Both the position numbers and the translations under genes were made by a program. Shown piece after piece: positions 55,549 to 64,000 of a stretch of DNA of 64,000 bases. Under the pieces are notes generated by a model, which made no database searches, had not been told where the DNA came from, and saw only the letters and a list, made by a program, of their open reading frames with translations. The stretch comes from Marinobacter sp. (GTDB lineage Bacteria; Pseudomonadota; Gammaproteobacteria; Pseudomonadales; Oleiphilaceae), in the NCBI RefSeq assembly GCF_033722195.1, contig NZ_JAWVZL010000002.1, positions 14,410 through 78,409 on the forward strand, read 5' to 3'. How positions within the stretch are numbered: the first letter of the stretch is position 1; the number at the start of each line of letters is the position of its first letter.

Positions 55549-58260
55549 ATGCTCCTGACCACCAAGTTTCTCCGCCCAGCGCCCGACCCCCGCTCCATCG
55601 AACGGGACCGGCTGTTGCGTATTCTGGCACCGCGGCCGGCCAAGCGGCTGAATCTGGTGGTGGCCCCGGCGGGCTTCGGTAAGACCACGCTGGTGAACCA
55701 GTGGTGTGAACAGGAGGCACAGCGCAGTGACGGCCGCAGCTGCGCCTGGCTCGCCCTGGACGAGCACGACGACGAGCCGCGCCGGTTCTGGCAGTACCTG
55801 GCAGGCGCCTTTGCCCACGCCGGACTCGGTGGCCTGGAGGAGTGCCGGAACCTGCTCAACAACGTGTCGGTTCAGGAACTGGAAGGCGCCACCACCGCCC
55901 TGATCAACGCCCTGGTGGCCGAAGGCCGGCCCCGGGCCCTGGTGCTGGACGACTACCACCTGATCCGGGACCCCCGGATTCACCGTCAGCTCAGCTTTTT
56001 CATCGATTACCTGCCCCCCAACCTGGTGGTGTTCATTGCCTCCCGGGTGGAGCCCGAGCTGCCGGTCGCCCGCTGGCGGGTGCGGCAATGGCTGGACGAG
56101 ATTCACCCCCAGCTGCTGGCCTTCTCCGAAAAGGAGTGCCAGCGCTTTTTCGAGGAAACCATGGCGCTGCCCCTCTCGCCCGAGGAGGCCCACCGTATCT
56201 GGCAGACCACCGAGGGCTGGGTGGCGGCCATGCAGCTGGCGGCGCTGTCCGGACAGAAGGACGGCGAGGCAGTGGCGCGCAATCAGCCGCCCATCGCCGT
56301 CAGCAATCGCCAGATCAACGATTACGTGTTGAGCGAAATACTGGACAAACAGACCCCGGAGATTCGCGAGTTCCTGCTGGATACCGCCGGCGTTACCCGG
56401 CTCTGCGCCTCCCTGGCCAATGCCATGCGGGAGCGGGACGACTCCCAGGCCCTGCTGGAGAACCTGACCCGCCATAACCTGTTTCTGATTCCGCTGGACA
56501 CCCGCCAGGACTGGTTCCGCTACCACGACCTGTTCCGGGACGCCCTCCTCCAGCGCGCCCGGCAGTCCGACCCGCAGCGGCTGGAAGACCTGCAGAACCG
56601 CGCCATCGACTGGCTGCTGGCCCATGACCACATCCAGGAGGCCATTGCCCAGATCGTCCAGCACCAGGACTGGCCGCGGCTGTCCCGGGTGCTGGAGCTG
56701 CACGGCAACAACCTCATTCACGGCGGCTTCCACCTGCCGGTGCTGGACTGGCTGGAGACCCTGCCGGTGGGTGAGATCGAAGACAATCCCCGGCTCCAGA
56801 TGCTGCGGGTGTGGGCACTGTTCTTTGCCAACCGGGTCAGCCAGATCGAGGCCCAGCTCAGCCACCTGGAGGATGTGCTGGATCAGCGCGTCGCCGACTC
56901 CCATCCGGACGCCGACGGGGCTTTGGGTCTGCAGAGCGAAATCGCCCTGATGCGCTCCTACCTGGCGCGCTCACGCAGCGATTACGACAGCGCCCAGAAC
57001 CTAACCAACCAGGTACTGCGGGACATCGACCACACCCGCATCCCGTTGAAATCGGTGACCTACTACGGCCTGGGCCTGGACGACTATGGCCGGGGCGAGC
57101 TGGGCGCCGCCGAGAGTGCCCTGCAGTCCGCCGTCAGCCACGGCCAGCGGGAACACAAGCCGTCCACGGTACTGTCCAGCGGCGGCCTGCTGGCCTGGAT
57201 CCAGTTCAACCGGGGCGACATCGAGCTGGCCCTGCGCACCTGCACCGAGGTCCGGGACTGGATCGACCAGCATTACAACGACCCCACCCAGCCACGCCTG
57301 ATCTCATGCTGGCAGAACGCCACCCTGGTGGAGATCCACCGGGAGCGTAACCAGCCGGAGCTGGCGGAATCCTACCTGACCCCGCTGCTGAGCCACGTCG
57401 AGAAAGGCACCGAGCCGGGCCAGCACGTGATCATCCAGTACGTCCGGGCCCACCTCGCCTTCAGCCAGGGTGACCATCAGCTCGCCTTGGCCGCCCTGGA
57501 GGACGCCGAAGCGGTCGCCCGTCAACGCCGCGAGGACATCGTCTTCGAGCCCCCCAGTTGCGCTGCCCTGCGGGCCCGCTGCTACCTGGCCATGGGTGAG
57601 CTGGAGCGCGCCCGGCAGTGGCTGGCCACCGAACAGGCCGGCGAATTCCGAAATCCCCTCAACCGGGAACAGACCAGCATCAGCGCGGCCCGGGTCCATC
57701 TGGCCTCGGGCGAGCCGGAGGCCGCCATCCGACTGCTTGAACCCATGCGCATCAGCACGGAACGGGACCAGCACTACCGTCATCTGATTGAAGTTCAGGT
57801 GCTCTACGCCGAGGCTCTGGACCGGCGTGGCGCGACCCGGGAAGCCACCAGCCAGATGGTCACCGCTCTCAAGCGTGCCGCCAGGGCCGGGTTCCTGAGG
57901 ATGTTTGCGGAGGAAAGCCCGCGGGTGCAGGCCCTGATCCTCGCGCTCGCCAATCCGGACCTGCCCCAGCAGTGGTTTGGCCGGCTGCGGACCATGCTGG
58001 CGGCAAGCAAGCCGGTCACGCCGGAAAGGGCCACCACGGTGGCGCCACATCCGGGGTCGGCGCTGGTCGAGCCCCTGAGTCAGCGTGAACAGGAGGTGCT
58101 GGCGCTGATCAACGAAGGCCTGTCCAACAAGGACATTGCCCGGCGCATGGACGTCGCCGCCACCACCGTGAAGGCCCACATCCGCAACCTCTATGGCAAA
58201 CTGGACGTCAGCCGCCGCACCGAGGCCCTGGCGCGGGCCCGGCAGCTGAAATTGCTCTAG
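55549..58260 (+). CDS. MalT-family (STAND ATPase + LuxR HTH) transcriptional activator
   Basis: MLLTTKFLRP, APAGFGKTT, LDDYH, WFRYHDLF, C-terminal LSQREQEVL...NKDIA...VKAHIRNLYGKL. Confidence 0.92.
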   Translation: MLLTTKFLRPAPDPRSIERDRLLRILAPRPAKRLNLVVAPAGFGKTTLVNQWCEQEAQRSDGRSCAWLALDEHDDEPRRFWQYLAGAFAHAGLGGLEECRNLLNNVSVQELEGATTALINALVAEGRPRALVLDDYHLIRDPRIHRQLSFFIDYLPPNLVVFIASRVEPELPVARWRVRQWLDEIHPQLLAFSEKECQRFFEETMALPLSPEEAHRIWQTTEGWVAAMQLAALSGQKDGEAVARNQPPIAVSNRQINDYVLSEILDKQTPEIREFLLDTAGVTRLCASLANAMRERDDSQALLENLTRHNLFLIPLDTRQDWFRYHDLFRDALLQRARQSDPQRLEDLQNRAIDWLLAHDHIQEAIAQIVQHQDWPRLSRVLELHGNNLIHGGFHLPVLDWLETLPVGEIEDNPRLQMLRVWALFFANRVSQIEAQLSHLEDVLDQRVADSHPDADGALGLQSEIALMRSYLARSRSDYDSAQNLTNQVLRDIDHTRIPLKSVTYYGLGLDDYGRGELGAAESALQSAVSHGQREHKPSTVLSSGGLLAWIQFNRGDIELALRTCTEVRDWIDQHYNDPTQPRLISCWQNATLVEIHRERNQPELAESYLTPLLSHVEKGTEPGQHVIIQYVRAHLAFSQGDHQLALAALEDAEAVARQRREDIVFEPPSCAALRARCYLAMGELERARQWLATEQAGEFRNPLNREQTSISAARVHLASGEPEAAIRLLEPMRISTERDQHYRHLIEVQVLYAEALDRRGATREATSQMVTALKRAARAGFLRMFAEESPRVQALILALANPDLPQQWFGRLRTMLAASKPVTPERATTVAPHPGSALVEPLSQREQEVLALINEGLSNKDIARRMDVAATTVKAHIRNLYGKLDVSRRTEALARARQLKLL

Positions 58261-58367
58261 AAACCTGCATATTTTTGAGAGCCGGGTCACATTTTCTGTG
58301 ACTTTTTTGACGTCACTACGCCCTTTGGACGATCCGGATACGCCCCCTACTCCCCTAAGATGGTTTC

Positions 58368-58504
58368 AACGATGAGGCAACCGCCTTGTCAGGAATTTGA
58401 AACTTCAGGCCTTCAGATTCCATGTTGCGTTCTCAGCGCCAGGGTTCCTCCAAGTCGAGACCCTGTTTGAAAGGTGCCACTGCTCAGGTTGGCGCCTTTT
58501 TTTT
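58368..58504 (+). ncRNA. Candidate small regulatory RNA downstream of the MalT-family gene
   Basis: TAAGAT -10 candidate at 58356-61; internal hairpins; plus-strand terminator with T8; no SD-led ORF. Inference only. Confidence 0.5.
58470..58504 (+). terminator. Intrinsic terminator, plus-strand polarity
   Basis: AAAGGTGCCA...TGGCGCCTTT followed by T8 (58497-58504). Confidence 0.85.
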
Positions 58505-58541
58505 CGCCCGCAGAAAACCGGGAGGTCAGGCGGCGAGTGCT

Positions 58542-60704
58542 TCAGCGCTCGATGATGCGCCGGAAGGGTGGCAGGGAATCCAGCAGCAACTGACCGTAGC
58601 GGCGGCTGACGATACGGCGGTCCAGTATGGTGACCCGGCCGGTATCCTGCTCGGTGCGCAGCAATCGACCTACCGCCTGCACCAGCTTAATGGAGGCGTC
58701 CGGAACCGCGATCTCCATGAAGGGGTTGCCGCCGCGGCTGGTCACCCACTCCGCCAGGCTGGCGTCGATTGGGTCGTCAGGCACCGAGAACGGCAGCCGG
58801 GTGATCACCACGTGGTCCAGGTAACGACCCGGCAGGTCGATACCCTCGGCAAAACTGGCCACACCGAACAGCACACTGGGCCGGCCGGCGTCGATCCGCT
58901 CGCAGTGCTGGCGAAGTACTTCGCCCTTGGCCATGTCGTCCTGGGTCAGGATCAGGTCCGGGTAGTCCGGCGCCAGCCGGTCCCGAACCGCATTCATCTG
59001 GCGGCGGGCGGTGAACAGCACCAGGGTCGCCTTGTCACTGGCCCAGAGATCCGGCAGGCGTTTCACCAGGGCCTCGGTAAAGGCCTCGCTGTCGGTGGGC
59101 AGGGCTGCCATGCCCGGCACCTCGATGGTGGCCATATCGGCGTAGCGGAAGGAACTGGGCACCACCAGGAAACGGCTGGCGTCCGGCAGTCCGGCGCGGG
59201 ACTGCAGGCGGTCAAAGCGGCCCAGGGCGGTCAGGGTGGCACTCGTGAGGATGGCGCCGTAAACCCGCGACCAGAGCCGGGTGTAAAGCAGATTGTCCGC
59301 CAGCACCGGGCTACTGAACAGGGTGATGTCCTCGGCGTGGTCCCAGCGCTGCCGCACCGCCCAGCGGGCCGGCGGCGGCCCCCACTGTTTGCGGCCCTCG
59401 CCCTCCTCCGGCAGCCGCTTCTCGGACCAGGCGACCCACAGCCGCAGCTGGTCCTCGGCTCGGGCATGGAAACTGCCCATGACCGGGAACCAGGCCTCGG
59501 CGGTGGGCCGGTCCACGTCGTTCTCCCGTTTGTCGTCAAAGGCCTTCTGCAACTCGTCCACCAGCACACCCAGCTGGCGTACCAGGGCCGCGGTAGCCAG
59601 CTGTGCGGCCCCGGCCAGCTCCGCCAGTGCCTCCGGAAGCTCGCCCTCGGGATAGCGCCACTGGGCGGAACGGCGCTCATCGCTGAACTCCCAGTCGGTG
59701 TTCTGCTCGGCCTCGTCATAGACCTGGTCCAGCACCCCGTCCAGCTCCCGGGCGCAGGCACTGATCTTGTCCACGGTCTTGGCGGCGATGGTGCCTGGCG
59801 TGAGGAACGGCGGAATCTTGCTCAGCGCCTGGGACAGCTGCTTGAGCCACTGCCGGGTGCTGTTCAGTGGCACCGAGGCGGCGAAGTGATTGAGGGCCTT
59901 GTCCGGCAGGTGATGGGCCTCGTCGAAGATGAACAGGGCGTTCTCCGGCTCCGGCAGGATGGCGCCGCCACCGAGGGCCAGGTCCGCCAACACCAGATCG
60001 TGGTTGGCCACGATCACGTCGGCATCTTCCAGGCCCTTGCGGGCATCAAAGAAGGCGCAGCTGTCGAAGTAGGCACAGTGTCGGTTGGTGCACTGGCGGT
60101 GGTCGGTGGTGACCTGGCGCCAGATGTCGTCGGGTATCTGGCTGGGCCAGTGGTCCCGGTCGCCATCCCATTCCTGGCTGCCGTAGCGGCCCAGCATGTC
60201 CTCGAAGAATTCCCGGGTGCCGGGCTCTTCGTCCCGGGGCTCGTCCAGGATGAACAGCGGCATGCTCTCGCTGTCACCGGCGCCCTCGTCCTGCAACCGG
60301 CCCTCCAGCCGGGACAGGCAGAGGTAACGGCCGCGACCCTTGGCCAGGGTCCAGCTGAAATCCAGATTGCTGTGCTTTCTCAGATCCGGCAGGTCCTTGT
60401 GCACGATCTGGTCCTGCAGTGCCACGGTGGCGGTGGAAATCACCAGCTTCTTGCCCAGGGCCCTGGCCACGGGAATGGCGGCAATCAGATAGGCCAGGGT
60501 CTTGCCGGTCCCGGTGCCCGCCTCCACCACGCAGGCGGCCGGGGGTGAGGTTCGCTCGCCGTCATTGGCGGTGATATCGCCCATGTATCGGGCGATCTCG
60601 GCAATCATCAGACGCTGGCCATAGCGGGCACGTACGCCCTTGCCCGCCAGTACGTCCCGGTAGGCCTGCTGAATGGCCTGCTTGACGTCCTCGGTCAGGG
60701 CCAT
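58542..60704 (-). CDS. dinG: ATP-dependent Fe-S helicase DinG
   Basis: EAGTGTGKTLAY, Fe-S cysteines (CLSR; CTNRHC...C), DEAHHL, SFAEGIDLPG, QAVGRLLR. Confidence 0.94.
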   Translation of the reverse strand: MALTEDVKQAIQQAYRDVLAGKGVRARYGQRLMIAEIARYMGDITANDGERTSPPAACVVEAGTGTGKTLAYLIAAIPVARALGKKLVISTATVALQDQIVHKDLPDLRKHSNLDFSWTLAKGRGRYLCLSRLEGRLQDEGAGDSESMPLFILDEPRDEEPGTREFFEDMLGRYGSQEWDGDRDHWPSQIPDDIWRQVTTDHRQCTNRHCAYFDSCAFFDARKGLEDADVIVANHDLVLADLALGGGAILPEPENALFIFDEAHHLPDKALNHFAASVPLNSTRQWLKQLSQALSKIPPFLTPGTIAAKTVDKISACARELDGVLDQVYDEAEQNTDWEFSDERRSAQWRYPEGELPEALAELAGAAQLATAALVRQLGVLVDELQKAFDDKRENDVDRPTAEAWFPVMGSFHARAEDQLRLWVAWSEKRLPEEGEGRKQWGPPPARWAVRQRWDHAEDITLFSSPVLADNLLYTRLWSRVYGAILTSATLTALGRFDRLQSRAGLPDASRFLVVPSSFRYADMATIEVPGMAALPTDSEAFTEALVKRLPDLWASDKATLVLFTARRQMNAVRDRLAPDYPDLILTQDDMAKGEVLRQHCERIDAGRPSVLFGVASFAEGIDLPGRYLDHVVITRLPFSVPDDPIDASLAEWVTSRGGNPFMEIAVPDASIKLVQAVGRLLRTEQDTGRVTILDRRIVSRRYGQLLLDSLPPFRRIIER

Positions 60705-61420
60705 CAGCGGGGGCTTATCCAGTTGCGCACCACGCCCACCCGGAACCGCTGGCCGTCCAGGCTCAACACCACACCGTCCACCGTGATCTGCTCCACCAGG
60801 ATGCCGGCAAAGCGCTCACCCGGACGCAGGTAATTGTCGTTGATCATCACCCGGCGCGCGGACGGATCCGAAGCGTAAACGTGGCTGCTGAAGATCAGCG
60901 TCGGTATGCGGCGCTGGAAGCTCATCGGCATTTCCACCAGGTGCGGCACCCGGCCCTCGCCAAAACCCGCCTCGGGTTCGGTGACAGGCGTGGCAGTACC
61001 GGCGGATTTCCAGGACGGCACAATGACGGTGGGCTTCTCGGGCGCGACCTCCGGAGCGGGCACCTCGGCTTCACCGCTGGCCGCTACTGCGGATTCCGTG
61101 GGTTCGGGTTCGCTCGTGACAGGCGTAGCCGGCGCGACCGGAGCCGCAGCGGGTGCCACAGGCACCGGCTCGACCGCCGGCGTAACGGCAGCCGCGGTGC
61201 TGGCCGAAGAAGCCGGCTGGGAGGTCTCGGGCCAGCCCTGCCAGAACACCAGGGCCACGACCACGGCATTGAGAATCAGCCCCAGCCCCACCCATCCCAT
61301 GACGGGAATGCCACGGGAGCGGGGTTTGTGAATCAGCTGCACCTGCTGGCCCAGGTCCGGGACCCGGCCCTGGTTGCGCTCGCTCTCGGACTTTCTCAGG
61401 GCATCGAGAATGTAGGACAT
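60704..61420 (-). CDS. exeB: General secretion pathway protein B (ExeB/GspB)
   Basis: MSYILDALRKSESER, single TM, Pro/Ala linker, IFSSHVYASDPSARRVMIND. Confidence 0.88.
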   Translation of the reverse strand: MSYILDALRKSESERNQGRVPDLGQQVQLIHKPRSRGIPVMGWVGLGLILNAVVVALVFWQGWPETSQPASSASTAAAVTPAVEPVPVAPAAAPVAPATPVTSEPEPTESAVAASGEAEVPAPEVAPEKPTVIVPSWKSAGTATPVTEPEAGFGEGRVPHLVEMPMSFQRRIPTLIFSSHVYASDPSARRVMINDNYLRPGERFAGILVEQITVDGVVLSLDGQRFRVGVVRNWISPR

Positions 61421-63162
61421 CAGTTCTGCCCTCCGCGACTGAGCAGGTCGGGCACACCGGGGTTCAGGTCATCGTTGAGTTGGATCAGCGTCATGGCGCC
61501 GGCAATGCCGTCCACTGTCAGGCCCTTGCGCTCCTGGTACCAGCGCACCTGGTCCGCCAGGGAGAGTGCCTCCACACGGCTGCGCTCCTCCGGATCCCGG
61601 GCGTGCAGGCCGATCGCCTGCATCAGCTGGGCGCTGAGCCAGACGGCCTCGGTATCGGAGGCGCCGCTGCCGGACCCGGGCGCCAGGTAGGGCGGCAGGC
61701 GCCAGAGAATGGAATAGTCCCCGAGCCAGAAACGCTCGATGTCATCCTTGCGGACCTGGCGCTCACCGGCGGCTGTAGCCAGGGTTACGATCTCCCCGTC
61801 CACACCCAGCAGGGTGACGTGACGGTTTTCGCCGCTCAGTTCCCTCAGCTCCAGGATGGCGGGCCTGTTCAGACGCTCCATACTGCGCCAGCTGCCCTGG
61901 CGGTGCAGGCATCGCAGGCCCTGCTGATCGGCAAAATCGCAGGCGATGGGCTGCCGCGCGGCACTGTAATCCAGGCCCCAGGCGGCAAACAGCGCGCGGT
62001 AGGCGTCACCGGAGTTCAGGGCGGAGCTGGCGGGATCAAAGGCCGGCAGGGCGTCGAACGGGTTTTCCGGGCTGATAGCCGGCTGCGTCAGGGCAACCTC
62101 TGCCGTCACCGTCGGCGGTGTGGGCAAAGGCTCCGGCTCAGCGACCGGCACTGGCGATGGCGTCGGTTCCGGGGCGGCGGTCGGGGCGGCTGCGCGCTCC
62201 ACCTCCCCGGACAGGGGTACGTCCAGGGTGCCGGCGTCCACCTTCAGCGGTGAGTGTTCAAGCCAGCTCCAGGTCAGCACAATGGCCACCAATACGGAGG
62301 CAGCCAGGCTGGCGTAACGCTGGAACGGCGTCAGCGCAGGCCGCTTGCCGCCACCGAAGGGTCCGCGCACCTCTTTCGCCGCGGTTCTGATGTGTCTGGC
62401 CTCAACGCGATGCTCGCCGGCGGCATAGGCGCCCAGCAGGGCACGGTCGCTGATCAGATTGATCAGCCGGGGCACACCACCGCTGAGCCTGTGCAGGCTG
62501 CGCACGGCATTCGGGCTGAACAGGTCCGCGCGCTGGCCTGCCACGCTCAGGCGATACCTGAGATAGGCTGGGAGCTCGCTGCGCTCAATAGCGTCCAGGT
62601 GATAGCGCGCCGTCACCCGCTGTGCGAGCTGGCGCAGCTCCGGACGGGCCAGGATGTCCTGGAGCTCGGGCTGACCCAGCAGCACAATCTGAAGCAGTTT
62701 CTTCTCGGCGGTTTCCAGGTTGGTTAGCAGGCGCAGTTGCTCCAGTACCTCTGCCGACAGGTTCTGGGCTTCGTCGATCATCAACACCTTGTGGCGGCCG
62801 GCGGCGTGGGCCGCGAGCAGATCGGCGTTGATCAGGTCGATCAGGCGCTTGATGCTGGAGCCGGCGGGGTGCCGGATGCCCAGCTCGTCGCAGATGCTGG
62901 AAAGCAGCTCCCGGGCCGACAGCTTGGGGTTGAGAATCAGCGCGATATCAACATGGGCCGGGACATTCTCGATGAAACAGCGGCTGACGGTGGTCTTGCC
63001 GGTGCCCACCTCACCGGTAATCACGATGAAGCCGCCCTGGCCCTGGATGCCGTACATCAGATGGGCCAGGGCTTCCTTATGGCGCTCACTCAGGTAAAGG
63101 TAGCGGGGATCGGGCGCGATCGAGAACGGCGGCTCTCGAAAGCCGAAAAAGTCGTAATACAT
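61420..63162 (-). CDS. exeA: ExeA/GspA AAA+ protein with peptidoglycan-binding domain
   Basis: MYYDFFGFREPPFSIAPDPRYLY start at 63162; GEVGTGKTT; IDEAQNL; C-terminal YQERKGLTVDGIAG. Confidence 0.92.
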   Translation of the reverse strand: MYYDFFGFREPPFSIAPDPRYLYLSERHKEALAHLMYGIQGQGGFIVITGEVGTGKTTVSRCFIENVPAHVDIALILNPKLSARELLSSICDELGIRHPAGSSIKRLIDLINADLLAAHAAGRHKVLMIDEAQNLSAEVLEQLRLLTNLETAEKKLLQIVLLGQPELQDILARPELRQLAQRVTARYHLDAIERSELPAYLRYRLSVAGQRADLFSPNAVRSLHRLSGGVPRLINLISDRALLGAYAAGEHRVEARHIRTAAKEVRGPFGGGKRPALTPFQRYASLAASVLVAIVLTWSWLEHSPLKVDAGTLDVPLSGEVERAAAPTAAPEPTPSPVPVAEPEPLPTPPTVTAEVALTQPAISPENPFDALPAFDPASSALNSGDAYRALFAAWGLDYSAARQPIACDFADQQGLRCLHRQGSWRSMERLNRPAILELRELSGENRHVTLLGVDGEIVTLATAAGERQVRKDDIERFWLGDYSILWRLPPYLAPGSGSGASDTEAVWLSAQLMQAIGLHARDPEERSRVEALSLADQVRWYQERKGLTVDGIAGAMTLIQLNDDLNPGVPDLLSRGGQN

Positions 63163-63263
63163 GGGAGTCCAGTCAGGTGCCAGCCGGGGACCACAATCAT
63201 ACCGCCCGGGTCTTGTGACTGTCACCACCGGATCCGGTCGGATTATGGCCTGTCCCCGGGAGG

Positions 63264-64000
63264 CTAGAAATCTTCCAGCATCAGCTCGTCGTTGTTGTCG
63301 TCGGCGAAGGGGTCGTAAGTGGTTTCGCCGTCGTTGACCAGGTACTCGCGGCGCTGGAGATAGGCATTGCGGACAAAGGTGTAGCTGTCGCCGGAAATGA
63401 AACTCTCCGCCGGAATCAGATCGGCGCGGCGGTCCACCACCTGCAGGGCCCGGGCGTAATACACCTCGGGGCTCTCCGCCAGGTCCCACAGTGACGGCAG
63501 CACCGCCATGTCCACCCCCATCCCGCCGGCGTCCCGGATGGTGGAAGGGCCCAGGAAGGGCAGCATCAGGTAGGGGCCGGTGCCGCTGCCCCAGTAACCC
63601 AGGGTCTGGCCGAAATCCTCGGGCCGTTCCGGCAGGCCGAAGTAGCTGCCCACGTCGATCAGCCCTCCCAGTCCGAACACCGTGTTGTAGGTGAACCGGC
63701 CAGCCGCCACCACCGCCGACTCTCCCTTCAGCTGGAACAGGCTGTTGTTGAAATTATTTAGTTCGGAAAGGTTGTTGAAGAAGTTGGTGATAGCGTGGTC
63801 CGCCAGGTCCGGCACCACCGCGCGGTAGCCCTGGGCCACCGGCTTCAGGAACCAGGTGTCAACGAACTGGTTGAAACTGAAAACCTTCCGGTTCCAGTCT
63901 TCCCAGGGGTCGACCTTCTCGCTGTAGGTGGGGCCATCGGCCGCCGCCTTGTACTCCTGTGGCCCGCTCTGGGTGAACTGGGCCATGGCATGCTGCGGCA
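63264..64000 (-). CDS. mlaA: MlaA/VacJ family protein, 5'-truncated by window edge
   Basis: DPWEDWNRKVFSFN, NTVFGLGGLIDV, EDFGQTLGYWG, LPFLGPST; frame open to the window edge. Confidence 0.92.
   Translation of the reverse strand, partial: PQHAMAQFTQSGPQEYKAAADGPTYSEKVDPWEDWNRKVFSFNQFVDTWFLKPVAQGYRAVVPDLADHAITNFFNNLSELNNFNNSLFQLKGESAVVAAGRFTYNTVFGLGGLIDVGSYFGLPERPEDFGQTLGYWGSGTGPYLMLPFLGPSTIRDAGGMGVDMAVLPSLWDLAESPEVYYARALQVVDRRADLIPAESFISGDSYTFVRNAYLQRREYLVNDGETTYDPFADDNNDELMLEDF

Noticed and set aside
58297-58312. CRP/Vfr site
   Set aside because: TGTGA-N6-TGACG matches only 3/5 in the second half-site; too weak to call.
58360-58470. 36-aa ORF MVSTMRQPPCQEFETSGLQIPCCVLSARVPPSRDPV in the candidate sRNA
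   Set aside because: No SD (C-rich upstream), the first ATG overlaps the predicted -10, and the composition is unremarkable; cannot be fully excluded without Ribo-seq.
63961-64000. MlaA apparently without a lipobox cysteine (…PQHAMA|QF)
   Set aside because: The N-terminus is cut by the window edge, and pseudomonad VacJ proteins, as I recall, commonly have non-lipoprotein signals.

Overview
GC-rich (~65%) gammaproteobacterial chromosome segment, most consistent with Marinobacter (inferred from gene order and protein style, no database search). It is mostly core genome: mltD(partial)-yejABEF-fabI; PilZ and DUF1631 genes; a DAHP synthase; ftsK-lolA-rarA-serS-cobA; leuC-leuD-leuB-asd-fimV-truA-trpFBA-accD-folC-dedD-cvpA-purF-metZ with a divergent LysR; prmB-aroC-MFS; DUF58-tgpA-holB-pilZ-hydrolase-DUF4892-patatin; pabB, thrH, cysH, cysB; a MalT-family regulator; and mlaA(partial)-exeA-exeB-dinG. 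I found no rRNA, tRNA, CRISPR array, prophage or transposase. Most interesting non-core signals: (1) an orphan promoter-to-terminator unit (~58368-58504) just after the MalT-family gene that looks like an unannotated sRNA. It has an 18-nt stretch complementary to the fabI SD/start codon and a separate anti-SD motif. (2) A three-gene islet of secreted proteins around a DUF6160 gene whose leader can fold into a three-way junction. (3) A 27-bp perfect inverted-repeat MITE-like element between leuD and leuB, plus two other REP-like palindromes. (4) An MFS gene in frame with the aroC stop codon that lacks a canonical start for its conserved-looking N-terminus. All regulatory interpretations are hypotheses.
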